A stretch of 62,091 bases of DNA from a virus. Its lineage: Duplodnaviria > Caudoviricetes. The stretch covers positions 1-62,091 of IMG/VR virus record IMGVR_UViG_3300031228_000005; one strand, given 5' to 3'. The position numbers and the translations under genes were made by a program. Shown piece after piece: positions 27,633-38,600 of the stretch. Positions within the stretch are counted from its first letter, which is position 1. Every line of letters starts with the position of its first letter. The notes below the pieces were generated by a model. It did not search any database. It was not told the DNA's origin and was given only the letters and a program-made list of their open reading frames with translations.

Positions 27633-28366
27633 TGACCTTTCGTGGCCGAGAATTCATTCCGAGTACGAGGGCTCTCCACATCCTCGTTGTCAGCGTTACG
27701 TTGCTCCTGCTGCTAGGAGGTGCGTGGCTCGTTTGGGTCATGTCCCAAGTGCAAGCGGAAAACTACGAGCAGAATGCGAAGATCGATCAGTCCGTGTTGG
27801 ACAGAGCCGATCTTCGTGACGCCGTGGTGGAGCAGGAGGCCACTCTCCGAGCACAGAAGGAGGCCATCCAGAAGGCGAACGAGCGGCTTGAGAAAGCCGG
27901 GAAGAACCCTGTCGTCGTCCCACCTCCAAGCCCGATCCCCGGAGCGACGGGTTCCACAGGTGCCACAGGTGCCACAGGCGCGCGTGGTCCCATCGGCCCT
28001 CCCGGTCCTCGGGGCTTGCGAGGGTTCCGTGGCCTGCCCGGTGACAGCATCGTCGGCCCCAAGGGCGACAAGGGTGACAGCGTCGTTGGGCCCAAGGGCG
28101 ACAAGGGCGAGAAGGGTGACAAGGGTGACAAGGGTGACAAGGGTGACAAGGGTGACAAGGGTGACAAGGGCGACTCTGTCACCGGCCCCTCAGGTCCAGA
28201 GGGGGCACCGGGCGCGGCTGGCGCAGACGGTACAGACGCGGTGCCCTTCACGTTCCTGTTCACGATTCCAGCCGACGAGACGCTGCCGGACACCTCGCCT
28301 GCCCAGACCTACCGCTGTGTCATCCCCGAGCCGGGTGGCCCCTTTACCTGCGTGCAGGAGGCATGA
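27629..28366 (+). CDS. Membrane-anchored collagen-like protein
   Basis: N-terminal TM, coiled coil, Gly-X-Y run including tandem (AAGGGTGAC)n at ~28112-28170. Confidence 0.85.
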   Translation: MMTFRGREFIPSTRALHILVVSVTLLLLLGGAWLVWVMSQVQAENYEQNAKIDQSVLDRADLRDAVVEQEATLRAQKEAIQKANERLEKAGKNPVVVPPPSPIPGATGSTGATGATGARGPIGPPGPRGLRGFRGLPGDSIVGPKGDKGDSVVGPKGDKGEKGDKGDKGDKGDKGDKGDKGDSVTGPSGPEGAPGAAGADGTDAVPFTFLFTIPADETLPDTSPAQTYRCVIPEPGGPFTCVQEA

Positions 28367-28369
28367 CCC

Positions 28370-28873
28370 ATGAGTATCGGATCAGACGAGTTTCCAGAAA
28401 CGGGGGCCGACCGCTTGAACGAGGCCCTGATCTCGTTCGCGGGGTGCGTTGGGGAGTCCATCGATGACATCTGCTCCTATGGCCTGACCATCGGAGAGAC
28501 CTACGTCCCCTTCGACCCGGACCCGGACGACGACTGTGAGGCTGACGATGTCGCCTGCTCGCAGATATGGGTGCGCGTCATGAGCGTCAACCCTGTCAGC
28601 ACCCCCTCGTGGGAAGGAGACTGCGCCACCGTCATGCGGCTCGAACTCGAAGTGGGTGTGCTCCGCTGCATCGAGATCGCTGAGGATGGGGAGGCCCCCA
28701 CCGCCAGTGAGGTGCTGGCGGCTGCAACGCTGGCGATGAGCGACATGAATGCGATCTACTGTGCCGCCATGGGCTGCGAGGTCTGGGACTCCATCACCGT
28801 TGGCTCGTGGTCTCCTGACGGCCCGCTGGGTGGACAGCACGGCGGTATCTGGACGTTCACGGTTGAGGTCTGA
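28370..28873 (+). CDS. Tail terminator-like protein
   Basis: Q.WVR, ELEVGVLRC, GP.GG..GG.W motifs; synteny. Confidence 0.6.
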   Translation: MSIGSDEFPETGADRLNEALISFAGCVGESIDDICSYGLTIGETYVPFDPDPDDDCEADDVACSQIWVRVMSVNPVSTPSWEGDCATVMRLELEVGVLRCIEIAEDGEAPTASEVLAAATLAMSDMNAIYCAAMGCEVWDSITVGSWSPDGPLGGQHGGIWTFTVEV

Positions 28874-28876
28874 GCC

Positions 28877-29803
28877 ATGCTCGTTCGGAAGATCCGTCGC
28901 CGTGGCGCGAACATCGTGGTCGAGGCTCACGGCGAGGTGCTGTTCGCCGCGACAGGTGACGTAGGCCGGTGGCAGAATCGGTTCAGCCACCGTGTTCGCG
29001 CGTTCGCTATGCAGGCGGCTCCGACCAACAAGCGCCCTAGGTGGGCGCACTACGGCAAGCCCCTCAAGTCGACGTTCACCGCCACCACTAAGTATCAAGA
29101 GGGGCGGATGCGGGTCTACAGCGCCATCGGCTCGTCGGCACCCCACGCCTACTACGTGGATCAGGGCACGGGCATCTATGGCGGGGGCGGTCCGTATGAG
29201 GCCAAGGTGCTCCCTCCGTGGACTCGTGGGGGTGCGAGCCTGTACGAGCACACGTGGCGTCCCACAGGTCCGGGTGGGCGCAAGGTCAAGCCGGTGATGA
29301 TCAAGGGGCAGAAGGGTCAGTTCTTCTTCGACAAGGGACTTCAACGAGCCTTCCAGTCCATGCGGATGCGTGCCTTTCAGGTCCCCGGTGATGCGAAGAT
29401 CACGAATGCGATCAACTCGATGCCGACAGGGATGGACAACTTTGCAGGTAACACTGTTTCGGATGGTGCTTTCACTGCACAGTTGAACGAGTGGCGTGCG
29501 TGGCGTGACGAGGCGTGGAGCAGGAATGACACACTTGGTAAGAGCGGGGGTCCACGGCCCGCTAAGCCCAAGAAGCCCAAGGCTGCGCCCAAGCCGAAGC
29601 CTGCCAAGACGACCAAGCCCACACGACCGAAGGGGTACCCGACCGTTGCGGCCAAGTGGGCGGCGGGGCTCAAGGTGTTCAAGAAACAGAACCCCGGCAT
29701 CAAGGTTCTTCCTGTCAGCACGGTTAACGGGCTGCACGTGCGGCTGCCGGATGGGCGCACCTTTGTCATCCCCCGCTCGAAGATTCTCAACCTCGCTCCG
29801 TAA
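28877..29803 (+). CDS. Neck/tail-completion (HK97 gp10-like) protein with basic extension
   Basis: HAYYVDQGTG, KGQKGQFFFDKGL; PKKPKAAPKPKPAK tail. Confidence 0.6.
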   Translation: MLVRKIRRRGANIVVEAHGEVLFAATGDVGRWQNRFSHRVRAFAMQAAPTNKRPRWAHYGKPLKSTFTATTKYQEGRMRVYSAIGSSAPHAYYVDQGTGIYGGGGPYEAKVLPPWTRGGASLYEHTWRPTGPGGRKVKPVMIKGQKGQFFFDKGLQRAFQSMRMRAFQVPGDAKITNAINSMPTGMDNFAGNTVSDGAFTAQLNEWRAWRDEAWSRNDTLGKSGGPRPAKPKKPKAAPKPKPAKTTKPTRPKGYPTVAAKWAAGLKVFKKQNPGIKVLPVSTVNGLHVRLPDGRTFVIPRSKILNLAP

Positions 29804-29866
29804 GCGGTTTCCAGAAACCGTGTTACTGTATAACCTCAAGGGTTCCCACTAGAGAAGGAGGCTCCG

Positions 29867-30280
29867 ATGAAGGAGTTCATCAGTTCTGTCGAAGAAGTTC
29901 AGGCCGAGGACGAGCGCGAGGCCAAGATCCTCGCTCTCGTGGAGGAGGGTAAGTCCCGAGAGGAGGCCGAGGAGGAGGTCGATGACGAGCGTTTCGTGGC
30001 CTTCCTGCTGGATGGTCGCGAGATGCGCGCGTACCTGCCCACGGAGGGTCAGTTGGCGTTCATGCTGGCGACTCTCGGTCGGGGTCAGACCGCGGACCAG
30101 CGCTTCGCGGGCATCCTCAACATCATGTTCGAGTCGCTGCGTGACGACGACAAGGATCACCTCGAATCGCGCCTGCTGACGCGCGACCCCAAGAAGCGCC
30201 TCTCCATGAAGAAGGTCGAGGGTATTTTCGAGTACCTTGTGGAGGAGTGGTTTCGCCCGTCCGTATCCGATGGCAGTTAG
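29867..30280 (+). CDS. Tail assembly chaperone
   Basis: Two genes before tape measure; RBS AAGGAGG. Confidence 0.75.
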   Translation: MKEFISSVEEVQAEDEREAKILALVEEGKSREEAEEEVDDERFVAFLLDGREMRAYLPTEGQLAFMLATLGRGQTADQRFAGILNIMFESLRDDDKDHLESRLLTRDPKKRLSMKKVEGIFEYLVEEWFRPSVSDGS

Positions 30281-30542
30281 GCTCTGTGGCCTAGCAGCCG
30301 GTCGGTGGCCTGAGATAGACGCGGCATATCACGCCAGTCCCACCCCCCTGTTGAGGATGCCACCGCATCGATACCTCAACATGGTCTACTCTTGGTGCGT
30401 CGAGCGTGTCGCATCAGACAAACTTGATGACTGGCTGACCGAACTGAATGACCTCCTGCCGTGGCAGGACATCGACAGTGAAGCCGCAGTGAATCTGGAA
30501 TCGGAATCGTTCTTCGCCGCTCAGGCGAAGGGAGGCGGGTAG
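30252..30542 (+). CDS. Tail assembly chaperone second ORF (frameshift partner in +1 frame, or own ATG at 30270)
   Basis: Overlaps chaperone 3' end and ends before tape measure. Confidence 0.65.
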   Translation, partial: FARPYPMAVRLCGLAAGRWPEIDAAYHASPTPLLRMPPHRYLNMVYSWCVERVASDKLDDWLTELNDLLPWQDIDSEAAVNLESESFFAAQAKGGG

Positions 30543-30545
30543 CGA

Positions 30546-33500
30546 ATGCTGCGAGGCACACGGGTCGGCAACGCATACGTATCCGTCACCGCTGACGGCG
30601 ACGGCATCAATGAGGACATCGTTGATGCCGTCGATGAGGCCGGTCCCGGCGTCAAGAAGAAGGGCGAGGAGCATGGGGAGGGGTACGGGGACAACTTCTC
30701 CAAGGGCTTCTTCAACCGCATCCGGTCCAAGATGGGCGCGGGTTCGTCTCAGTGGGACAAGTATTGGGACAAGGTCGACCGCCGAGCCGGTGAGGGTGGT
30801 GAGGATGCCGGTAAGTCCTTCGTGAACCGCATGTCGGACAAGGTCAAGGATCTGGGTGACAAGGTCGGGGCTGAACTGGGCGACCGTATGGCCTCGAACC
30901 CGGAGCAGGTCCGTCGAGGGATCGACCGAGCCTTCGATGACGACTTCGCTGATCGACTCGGGGATCGGGTCGGTCAGAGGTTTATGTCGAGCCTGTCCGA
31001 GGAGATCGACCGAGAGGGCAGCAAACTCGGTGCCCTTGTCGACCGGGTGCTCAACAACGCGGTTTCTGGAAACCGGGGTCGCAGAGGTGGCATCAGCGAG
31101 GCCATCGGTCGCATGTTCGGCAAGGGGTCTCGCAACAATGCGCTGAACCTCCTCGGAAGCGCGATGGGTAACGTCGCCCGACTGACGGAGGGGGCCAGCA
31201 GGTTCGCGGGCTCTTTCGCCAAAAGCATCTTTTCCGCGTTCAAGAACGCCAGCAGCCTCTCGGATGTGTTCGCTTCGCTCGGCAAGAGTGCGTCCGGTGC
31301 GGGCGGCGGGATTGCGGGTTCTATCGCGGCGTTCGCTGCGTCTGCTCCGTTGATCGTTGCGATGGTGGCTGTCCTCGGTGCGACCGTCTCCGCGTTCGCG
31401 TCTGTGGCTAGTGCGATCACGGCCATCGCGGTTGCTATGGCGGCGACCATCACATCCGCGCTCACGGGAATGGCTATCGTGGGTGGTGGGGCTCTCGCGG
31501 CGCTCGGTATCGCGGCGGGTCTGGCAGCGGTGGCCTTCACGTCGATGACGGACAAGCAGCGGGCGGCGGCAGCGGAGACCTTCGAGCCCATTCACGCGAT
31601 GGCGGCGGGTCTGGGTCAGATCATGATTACAAAGATGATCCCGGCCTTCGAGAAGTGGTCCCGTAACCTGCAAGTCGCTCTCGCACTGGTTAAGCCGCTG
31701 GCAGAGGTGATGGGCGGTGCGTTCGCCCGAGCCGGGACCATCCTGACGCAGTCCCTGTCCGGCCCCGGTATCAGGAACCTCATCGATGCGCTGGGGTCCA
31801 CCCTCCCCAACATCGTCAAGAACATGTCCAGCGCGCTCGGTGACTTCCTCAATGGTGTTGCCGGTTCGCTCGCGGCGGTCATGCCCTCCGTCGAGCGGTT
31901 CTCCTCGTATCTAGCGAATGTCGCAAGGGACTTCTCCAAGTGGGCGAACTCCGGTAAGGGTCAGAACTCCATCAAGGACTTCGTAGACCGTGCCGTCGAG
32001 TCTTTGAAGTCTCTGTGGGGCGCGGTCAAGGAGGTCAGTGGATTCATCTCCGACGTGCTGTTTAACCCGAAGTCGCAGGAGGCAGGCAACACGATCTTCG
32101 ATGGGATCAAGAACTCGTTCGAGCGGTTCCGTAAGGCGGTCGAGAAGCACACCAAGAATGGTGATCTTGAGCAGTGGTTCAAGGACGCCATCAAGTTCGG
32201 TAAGGACCTGCGCGATGTCGTTTCGAAGTTGAAGGATACGTTCAAGATTCTCGATGACTCCGGGGTCTTGGCGGCTGTGGGGAAGGGCCTGCAAGGGATC
32301 GCGGACACCATCGAGATCATCAACCCGATACTCAAGCCACTGATCAAGGCTCTGGGTGTAGGGCTCCCTGCGGCCATTGGTGTTGTGACCTCTCCTCTGG
32401 GCATCATGAAAATAGGATTCGACAATCTGGGGTACGCCATCAGTTTCGTGGTGGACAAGGCTGAGGCAGCCATCGGCGCTTTGCAGCGACTCAAGGACAT
32501 GGGTCCGAGCGGCATCCTCTCGTCGGTGGGTGGGAAGATCGCTGACGTGGGCAGGAATCTGGTCCCTCCGAACCTGATCAACCCTCGTGGGTTCTCTGGG
32601 GGGTCTGTGCTGTCCAACACCGTCTCACCTCGCGTGGTGAAGAAGGCGTCAGACGAACTGGACGACATGTTCCGTCGCCGCAATCGTGGGATCAACGACA
32701 CAATTGACGACCTCGTTGCGTCTGGAACGGCGACCCTCGCTGCGACCTCGGAGTCCGCTGGTGGGCACAAGGCTGAGCCGTCTGACTCGTCGGGCTCGAA
32801 GTCCGGCTCGAAGTCCGGCTCGAAGTCCAAGGGTGAGAAGGAAGCCAAGAAGAAGTGGAAGAATCCTTACATCGCGCTCGCCAACTCCTACTTGGCGTGG
32901 GCTGCCACGATGGCGGACGAGATCGACAAGTCCATCAAGGATGCCCGCGAGACTGTCGCTGCGTCCATCAAGGAGGGAGAGCGGTCGCTAGCCACCCTCA
33001 TCACCGAGACTGGCAAGTCGCTCGTCGCGGGCGTGATGGAGGCGGCGAAGTCGACGGACTCGGCAGGTATCGCAGCGGCGTTCACGGCGATGATCGAATC
33101 CGCTTCCGCGAGCGCAGCGGCAGCGGTCAGTCAGGCTGAGGGCAACGCGCAGAACGTCATCGAGTCTGCGAAGGCCACCCGTGATCAACTGGTCGCGTCG
33201 GCGGAAGCCGCTGTGCAGTCGGCGGCGCAGGCGCTCAAGTCTGCGAGTGGCCCGAAGGAGGCCAAGAAGGCGCTGGCTACCCTGCGAGCCGCCGAGGCTG
33301 ATCTGGTGACCGCACGGATGCGGGGCGAGCGTCTGGTTCAGGACGCGATGGCCGCAGGCGAGCAGATGATCACTAACGCGATGGCTTCGCGGGAGCAGAT
33401 CAAGGCCGCGACCGACATCTTGGACTGGCACAAGATCGTCAACATGGACCGGGTGCACAACCTCATCAACGGGATCATGGACACGAACTCGACGATGGCT

Positions 33501-34373
33501 GACTACGCTGAGGCTCGGAAGATCGTGGGCGAGCAACTCGCCGCCGCGAACCAGAAGTTGGTAGATGCCCTCGCGCTCCGCGACAACTACCGTACGAGCG
33601 TGGCAGACTCGATCCGGTCGTTCGGCTCCCTGCTGACAGCGGAGGCCAAGACTCTCGATGGGGTCGCGCAGGCGCTCACGTCTGGTGACATCACGGATAA
33701 CCTCCGCGACCGGCTTGAGAAGATCAAGAAGTTCCAGAGCAACCTGCGCGTCCTGTTGGCGCAGGGTCTCTCCGACGCGGCCTACAAGCAGTTGGTGGAT
33801 GCTGGGGTGGAGGGCGGTAGCGCCTACGCGCAGGCGCTTGTCGATGGTGGGCAGGGGTCCATCTCGGAGGTCAACCACCTGACGGAGGAGATCGGCAAGG
33901 CTGCTGACGGCCTTGGGGACGCTGCGGCCTCACATCTGTACCAAGCCGGTGTCGACGCCGCTCAGGGGCTCGTGGACGGTCTCCTGAGCCTGTCTGCGGA
34001 ACTGGACTCCGCTGCCGCCGCCTTGGGTGCGGCCATCGCGGATGCCATCAAGCGCTCGCTCGGTATCGCGTCGCCCTCTAAGGTGCTGCGGGCCATGATG
34101 GGGCCTGTCGGTGATGGCACGGTGCTCGGCCTCGATGACCAGCACGTCAAGGTCAGCGCCGCCGCCGCTCGGCTGTCGAGTCAGATCGCTGTCAGTCCTG
34201 AGGTTGCGGCCTACGCGGCTCAGCAGGCAGTCTCCCGCACCGCAGTCACGGATGACTCGGTTTCTGGAAACGACCCGAAGTTCCTGTGGACTGGTGACAT
34301 CGTCACCCCCACCGAAGACCCCCACGCCGTCGCCACGGAAGTGCTGGACGAACTGACTGGAAGGCTGACCTGA
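30546..34373 (+). CDS. Tape measure protein
   Basis: 1275 aa Ala/Gly-rich; VGNAYVSV start; LGIASPSKV near C-terminus. Confidence 0.92.
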   Translation: MLRGTRVGNAYVSVTADGDGINEDIVDAVDEAGPGVKKKGEEHGEGYGDNFSKGFFNRIRSKMGAGSSQWDKYWDKVDRRAGEGGEDAGKSFVNRMSDKVKDLGDKVGAELGDRMASNPEQVRRGIDRAFDDDFADRLGDRVGQRFMSSLSEEIDREGSKLGALVDRVLNNAVSGNRGRRGGISEAIGRMFGKGSRNNALNLLGSAMGNVARLTEGASRFAGSFAKSIFSAFKNASSLSDVFASLGKSASGAGGGIAGSIAAFAASAPLIVAMVAVLGATVSAFASVASAITAIAVAMAATITSALTGMAIVGGGALAALGIAAGLAAVAFTSMTDKQRAAAAETFEPIHAMAAGLGQIMITKMIPAFEKWSRNLQVALALVKPLAEVMGGAFARAGTILTQSLSGPGIRNLIDALGSTLPNIVKNMSSALGDFLNGVAGSLAAVMPSVERFSSYLANVARDFSKWANSGKGQNSIKDFVDRAVESLKSLWGAVKEVSGFISDVLFNPKSQEAGNTIFDGIKNSFERFRKAVEKHTKNGDLEQWFKDAIKFGKDLRDVVSKLKDTFKILDDSGVLAAVGKGLQGIADTIEIINPILKPLIKALGVGLPAAIGVVTSPLGIMKIGFDNLGYAISFVVDKAEAAIGALQRLKDMGPSGILSSVGGKIADVGRNLVPPNLINPRGFSGGSVLSNTVSPRVVKKASDELDDMFRRRNRGINDTIDDLVASGTATLAATSESAGGHKAEPSDSSGSKSGSKSGSKSKGEKEAKKKWKNPYIALANSYLAWAATMADEIDKSIKDARETVAASIKEGERSLATLITETGKSLVAGVMEAAKSTDSAGIAAAFTAMIESASASAAAAVSQAEGNAQNVIESAKATRDQLVASAEAAVQSAAQALKSASGPKEAKKALATLRAAEADLVTARMRGERLVQDAMAAGEQMITNAMASREQIKAATDILDWHKIVNMDRVHNLINGIMDTNSTMADYAEARKIVGEQLAAANQKLVDALALRDNYRTSVADSIRSFGSLLTAEAKTLDGVAQALTSGDITDNLRDRLEKIKKFQSNLRVLLAQGLSDAAYKQLVDAGVEGGSAYAQALVDGGQGSISEVNHLTEEIGKAADGLGDAAASHLYQAGVDAAQGLVDGLLSLSAELDSAAAALGAAIADAIKRSLGIASPSKVLRAMMGPVGDGTVLGLDDQHVKVSAAAARLSSQIAVSPEVAAYAAQQAVSRTAVTDDSVSGNDPKFLWTGDIVTPTEDPHAVATEVLDELTGRLT

Positions 34374-34374
34374 G

Positions 34375-35640
34375 ATGGCGTACGACGGCTGGATCAAGTT
34401 CAACGACATCGAACTTGTCAACCTGTCCCGCACCGCGCAACTCGCGGAGGTGCTGGGGATTGACGCCCTGTGGACCGACCCCGAGTCGGTGCAGTGGATT
34501 CAGGACGCGCTCGGTGGTGTTGACTACGACGTGGTGTCGGAGGCTCCGTGGTACGACCCGGAATACCCGGCGAGCGCGGAGTTTGCCGGTATCGTCCCGC
34601 TGTCCATCGCGGGGCTGGATGACTCGACACTGGAAGCGCGCACCATCGAGTACATCACCAACGGGGGGTCATCGAGCAAGGCGCGGAACGCCACGCTCAC
34701 ACTCCCGGCCAACGTCTCTGTCGTGGCTAGCACCAACCGAGGGGCTGACTACGGCAAGCGGTGGTTGGACAGGATGCTCCGAGCGGGCGGGGCACAGACG
34801 TTCTGTTCGGGCTCGGAGTTGCGCTACTTCCAGTTCAAGCAGGGGGATGGCGAGCCGGTTCCTCCGCAGGCGCACCGTCGTGATGTGACCCTGTCGAAGG
34901 GGACGACAGTCACCCGCAAGCGTGACACCTACTGCTCGGCCACATGGCTTGTCACCTACACGTGGACGGCGAACGACCCCTTCGAGTATGGCGATCCGGA
35001 GGTGCAGTTCCTCAACCTCGGAAGTGGGGCTGTCAGTGCTCCTCCGGGGTTCGTCATTGACGAGGGCGCGCAGTCGATGGTCGAGGTGGACTGCCCCGCC
35101 TACGACTACTCACCCATTTACGACCCGCTGTATCCCGCACTGGTGCCCCCGCCCGTTGCGCCAGACTTCTACCCAGCCGGTTGGGATCTCGTGCCCGGAG
35201 TGCCGTTCGACAGGTACTGGGTTCGCATCCCTGCTCCCGAGCCGAGCCTGTTGAACTTCATTCCTCTGGTGACACTCACTACGACCGTGGAGGCCCGGCT
35301 GCTACGGGTGTCCATCTGGCCTTCCACCGCTACGGAGGACTCGGTCTGCGAGCCTCTGTGGACCGCGATTGTCTCGTACCTCCCTGCGGGGTTGAGCGCA
35401 GAGTTCGTGATCGATGCAGAGCAGGAAGTGTCCTATTGGTGGGACGGGGCGAGCGCGCGAGTACGGCGCACGGACAGTCTCGTCTACGGCACCGGGGCTC
35501 GTCCGATAGAGTGGACCGCCTTCAACGATCCAGACAACTTGCTGGTGACGCTCGACATCATGGATGACATCGGATCGGGTGAGTACGATGGCGACGGGCA
35601 GGTTCGACTGGCGTTGTCGTTGATCCCGAAGTCAGATTAG
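34375..35640 (+). CDS. Minor tail protein (distal-tail-like)
   Basis: Follows TMP; ELVNLSRT, APWYDP, A.DPF.YG. Confidence 0.8.
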   Translation: MAYDGWIKFNDIELVNLSRTAQLAEVLGIDALWTDPESVQWIQDALGGVDYDVVSEAPWYDPEYPASAEFAGIVPLSIAGLDDSTLEARTIEYITNGGSSSKARNATLTLPANVSVVASTNRGADYGKRWLDRMLRAGGAQTFCSGSELRYFQFKQGDGEPVPPQAHRRDVTLSKGTTVTRKRDTYCSATWLVTYTWTANDPFEYGDPEVQFLNLGSGAVSAPPGFVIDEGAQSMVEVDCPAYDYSPIYDPLYPALVPPPVAPDFYPAGWDLVPGVPFDRYWVRIPAPEPSLLNFIPLVTLTTTVEARLLRVSIWPSTATEDSVCEPLWTAIVSYLPAGLSAEFVIDAEQEVSYWWDGASARVRRTDSLVYGTGARPIEWTAFNDPDNLLVTLDIMDDIGSGEYDGDGQVRLALSLIPKSD

Positions 35641-35670
35641 GGTTTCCAGAAACGATAGAAGGAGAACAGA

Positions 35671-38600
35671 ATGGTTTCGTGGCTTGCCCCCGGCGCAGTC
35701 GGTGGAGTCATCCGCACCAAGTGGGCCGGGGGCGGTGCTAGTGACCCTTGGCTCCTCCTGTTCGACCCTAAGGCGTACAGCCTCGCGTCACCCGGAACGG
35801 TGGATTTGAATGGCGCTACGCGGAACCAGTATGCGATTGCGGGTGTGACTACCTTCCCCGCGTCGGGGTCTTTCTCCTATGACTCAGCGGATGTCGACGA
35901 AGCCCTTTTCTCGCCCATGGGAGCGGCGGCTTTCCTCGTCCGGGCCGACACCATGATCATCGATCCCGAGGTAGTACCCACGCCGACGCAGATCCGAAAC
36001 GCGGCTGGCGCTCTCTACGTCGGTGGTACGGGTGTTGGAGGCAGTGCATCCACGCTAACCGCAACAACCGGCACCCTGAACTTGGAGTTCGAGTTCCCCG
36101 CCGCCGCCGTGGATCCGAACAAGAAGTATTGGATCGCGGTAATACCTTCCTACTTCAACACGTACCCCCCGACTAGCAAGGCGCAGATCACGTCTTTGGG
36201 GGATGCCAACATAAACGGTCGGGCACTCTCGCTGTGGACGAACCGTTCCCCGGGAACCCCTGTTATCACGAGTCCGACAGAGAACGTGATCTTCTCTGGG
36301 GCAACAACACCTGTCGTGTTTGGGTCAGGAGACCCGGATCGCGTCACATCCTTCCCCACTGATTGGTTCAGATCCTCGTTCGCTGACATTGCTGGTGTGC
36401 ATATTCAGTACGCGCCTGCGTCCGTGACGGACCCGCTCGATCCCCTGTGGGATGACTTGCCCATCGTCAGCACGGATGGCAGCAAACTGGGGCGGGGGTG
36501 GCATATCGTTGCCGCGAACCCGGAAGCCGGATTCGCCATCGGAGAGGATGGGGCGGAAAACTTCTGGGCCAACCGCGAGATCAGCATTCAGTGTGGGGGC
36601 TCCTTCATCCCAATGGCTGGGTATCTCCCCGTCGGGGAGTGGCAGGTCCGTATCCGCACGTTTGACTACGGTCATTCACGGTCAACAGGCGACATAGCGG
36701 ACCCGGATATCCCGACACCCCCTTTGAATGACGCCACAGGGAACTACACGCCGGACACCTACCCCGCCGTCAACACCTCCCCGTGGTCAGAGTCGGTGTT
36801 CATCGCGTCTGCGCCACAGGTCTTGAAGCCTTTGGCGATTAGCCCGAGAGACAACGCGGCGGTTGTCGAGGGGGCGGCTACCACCTTGACGTGGCGATAC
36901 AGGAACACTTACTCGCCGCCCTTCCCTCAGAAGTATCGGACAGTTCAGATTCGTCGGGTGGGCGATGCTGAGTGGACCACCCTGACGGGTGACAACGACT
37001 GGGATCTTCTGGCCGACAACCCCGACTTCACCACCGACGGTGATGGGTGGACAGAAAGACCGTTCGAGAGTTCGTGGACGTGGTCGGCGGGCGCCCTCGA
37101 AAACGCCGTTGGCAATGGCCTGCGGCGGTCGGATGCTGATGTTCCCGCTAGGCCCTTTGGCACGTCGGCCTACCGCATCCGTACGACGTTCACCAACACT
37201 GTCCCGGTTCAGTCCATCCTCGAATACTCGTTTGGCACATGGCAGGGCGCAGCCTCGAAGGGCGCGTTCTGGGAGCCTGCGACGGCTGTGGACTCACCAG
37301 TTAGGGTCTCGGAGGTCTATGCCCCCGGTACGCATACACACGAGGAGGTGTGGGTCGCCTCGGAGACCGACCCAGACGGGACATACGTGTGGGTCAGCCC
37401 ACGAGCGGCGTGGAGTGGAGGGGCCAGCACGATCTCCGTGGACAGCGTGCACTTCGAGGCCGCTGCGGAGACGACAGACACATCGTACCTAGTGACAGGA
37501 TTCGATCTGGTTTCTGGAAACCAGTACGAGTGGCGGGTGATGGTCACCGACGCCGATGACGAGTCGTCGGAGTGGAGTGATCCGGCTCGGTTCTGGGTGA
37601 TCCCCGTGCCTGCGTCTGGGGCTGTCATCCCATCCCCTGAGGAACTCATCGAAGGGGCTACTCTCGGGTGTGGGACCCACCGCGTCTTCGTCTACCGAAG
37701 GGGTGGCAGGGAGCGCGTCGGAGAGATCACCGACATCTCCTCCCTTGACTGGAACCGTGTGCGGGACGACATCAGCACAGCCAAGATCAATGTCTCGGGG
37801 TGGGGCATCGATTGCGGGAATCTGCTGTCGGAGTTGCAGACGTGGGCATACGAGGTCGTCATCTTCCGTGACAACGGCTTCGGCGCCGAGCGTGTGTGGG
37901 AGGGCCCGATCACCCTGCTCACCTACGAGCGTGACAAGGTGGTCATCCATGCCAAGGACGTGATGGTGTATTCCTACCGTCGCATCATCAAGCAGGCTCT
38001 ATCGGACTTTGGCAACAGTCCTACGGCTGGCGCATCCGTTACCAACCGCGCGATGCGGGTGTTGCAGAACGCCTTTGCCCCGGACGATCCGAATGTGCTG
38101 GCCTACCTGCAAGACCTTGAACAACCCGACGATGCGAAGCAGTACCGCTCCACCCCGGCATACGGGCGCACCGCGTTCGAGGAGGTGGACGACATGGCTG
38201 CCAACGCTGGACTGGACTACACCGTCGTTGGCAGAGCGATCCTCCTGTGGGGGACCAAGCACCGCATTGGTACCTTGCCTGAGTTCCGAGACAAGGACTT
38301 GGGCTCGTCGCCCATCGTCAGTGAGTACGGCATGAGCATGTCGAATTCCTACGCCATCTCTGACGGAAATGGCGTCTACGGCGAAGCGACTCGGCTGGAT
38401 GAGAACGACGAGGACCCGGTGTATGGGCTGGTCGAGATGCTGTCCAGCACGTGGGCCTCTGAGTCGGCGGATGAGACCGGGACCTACACGGAGGCAGGGC
38501 TCGCCACGCTCAGGCAATCGTTCGCTGACGCATCCGAGCGCTCCATCTCGGATCGGTACCCACCGCCTGTCGTCGTTCGCGTCCCAGACAACACTCGTCT

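Noticed and set aside
32794-32828. 12-bp tandem repeat GGCTCGAAGTCC in the tape measure gene
   Set aside because: Simple slippage encoding an SGSK linker, unrelated to the dispersed motifs.
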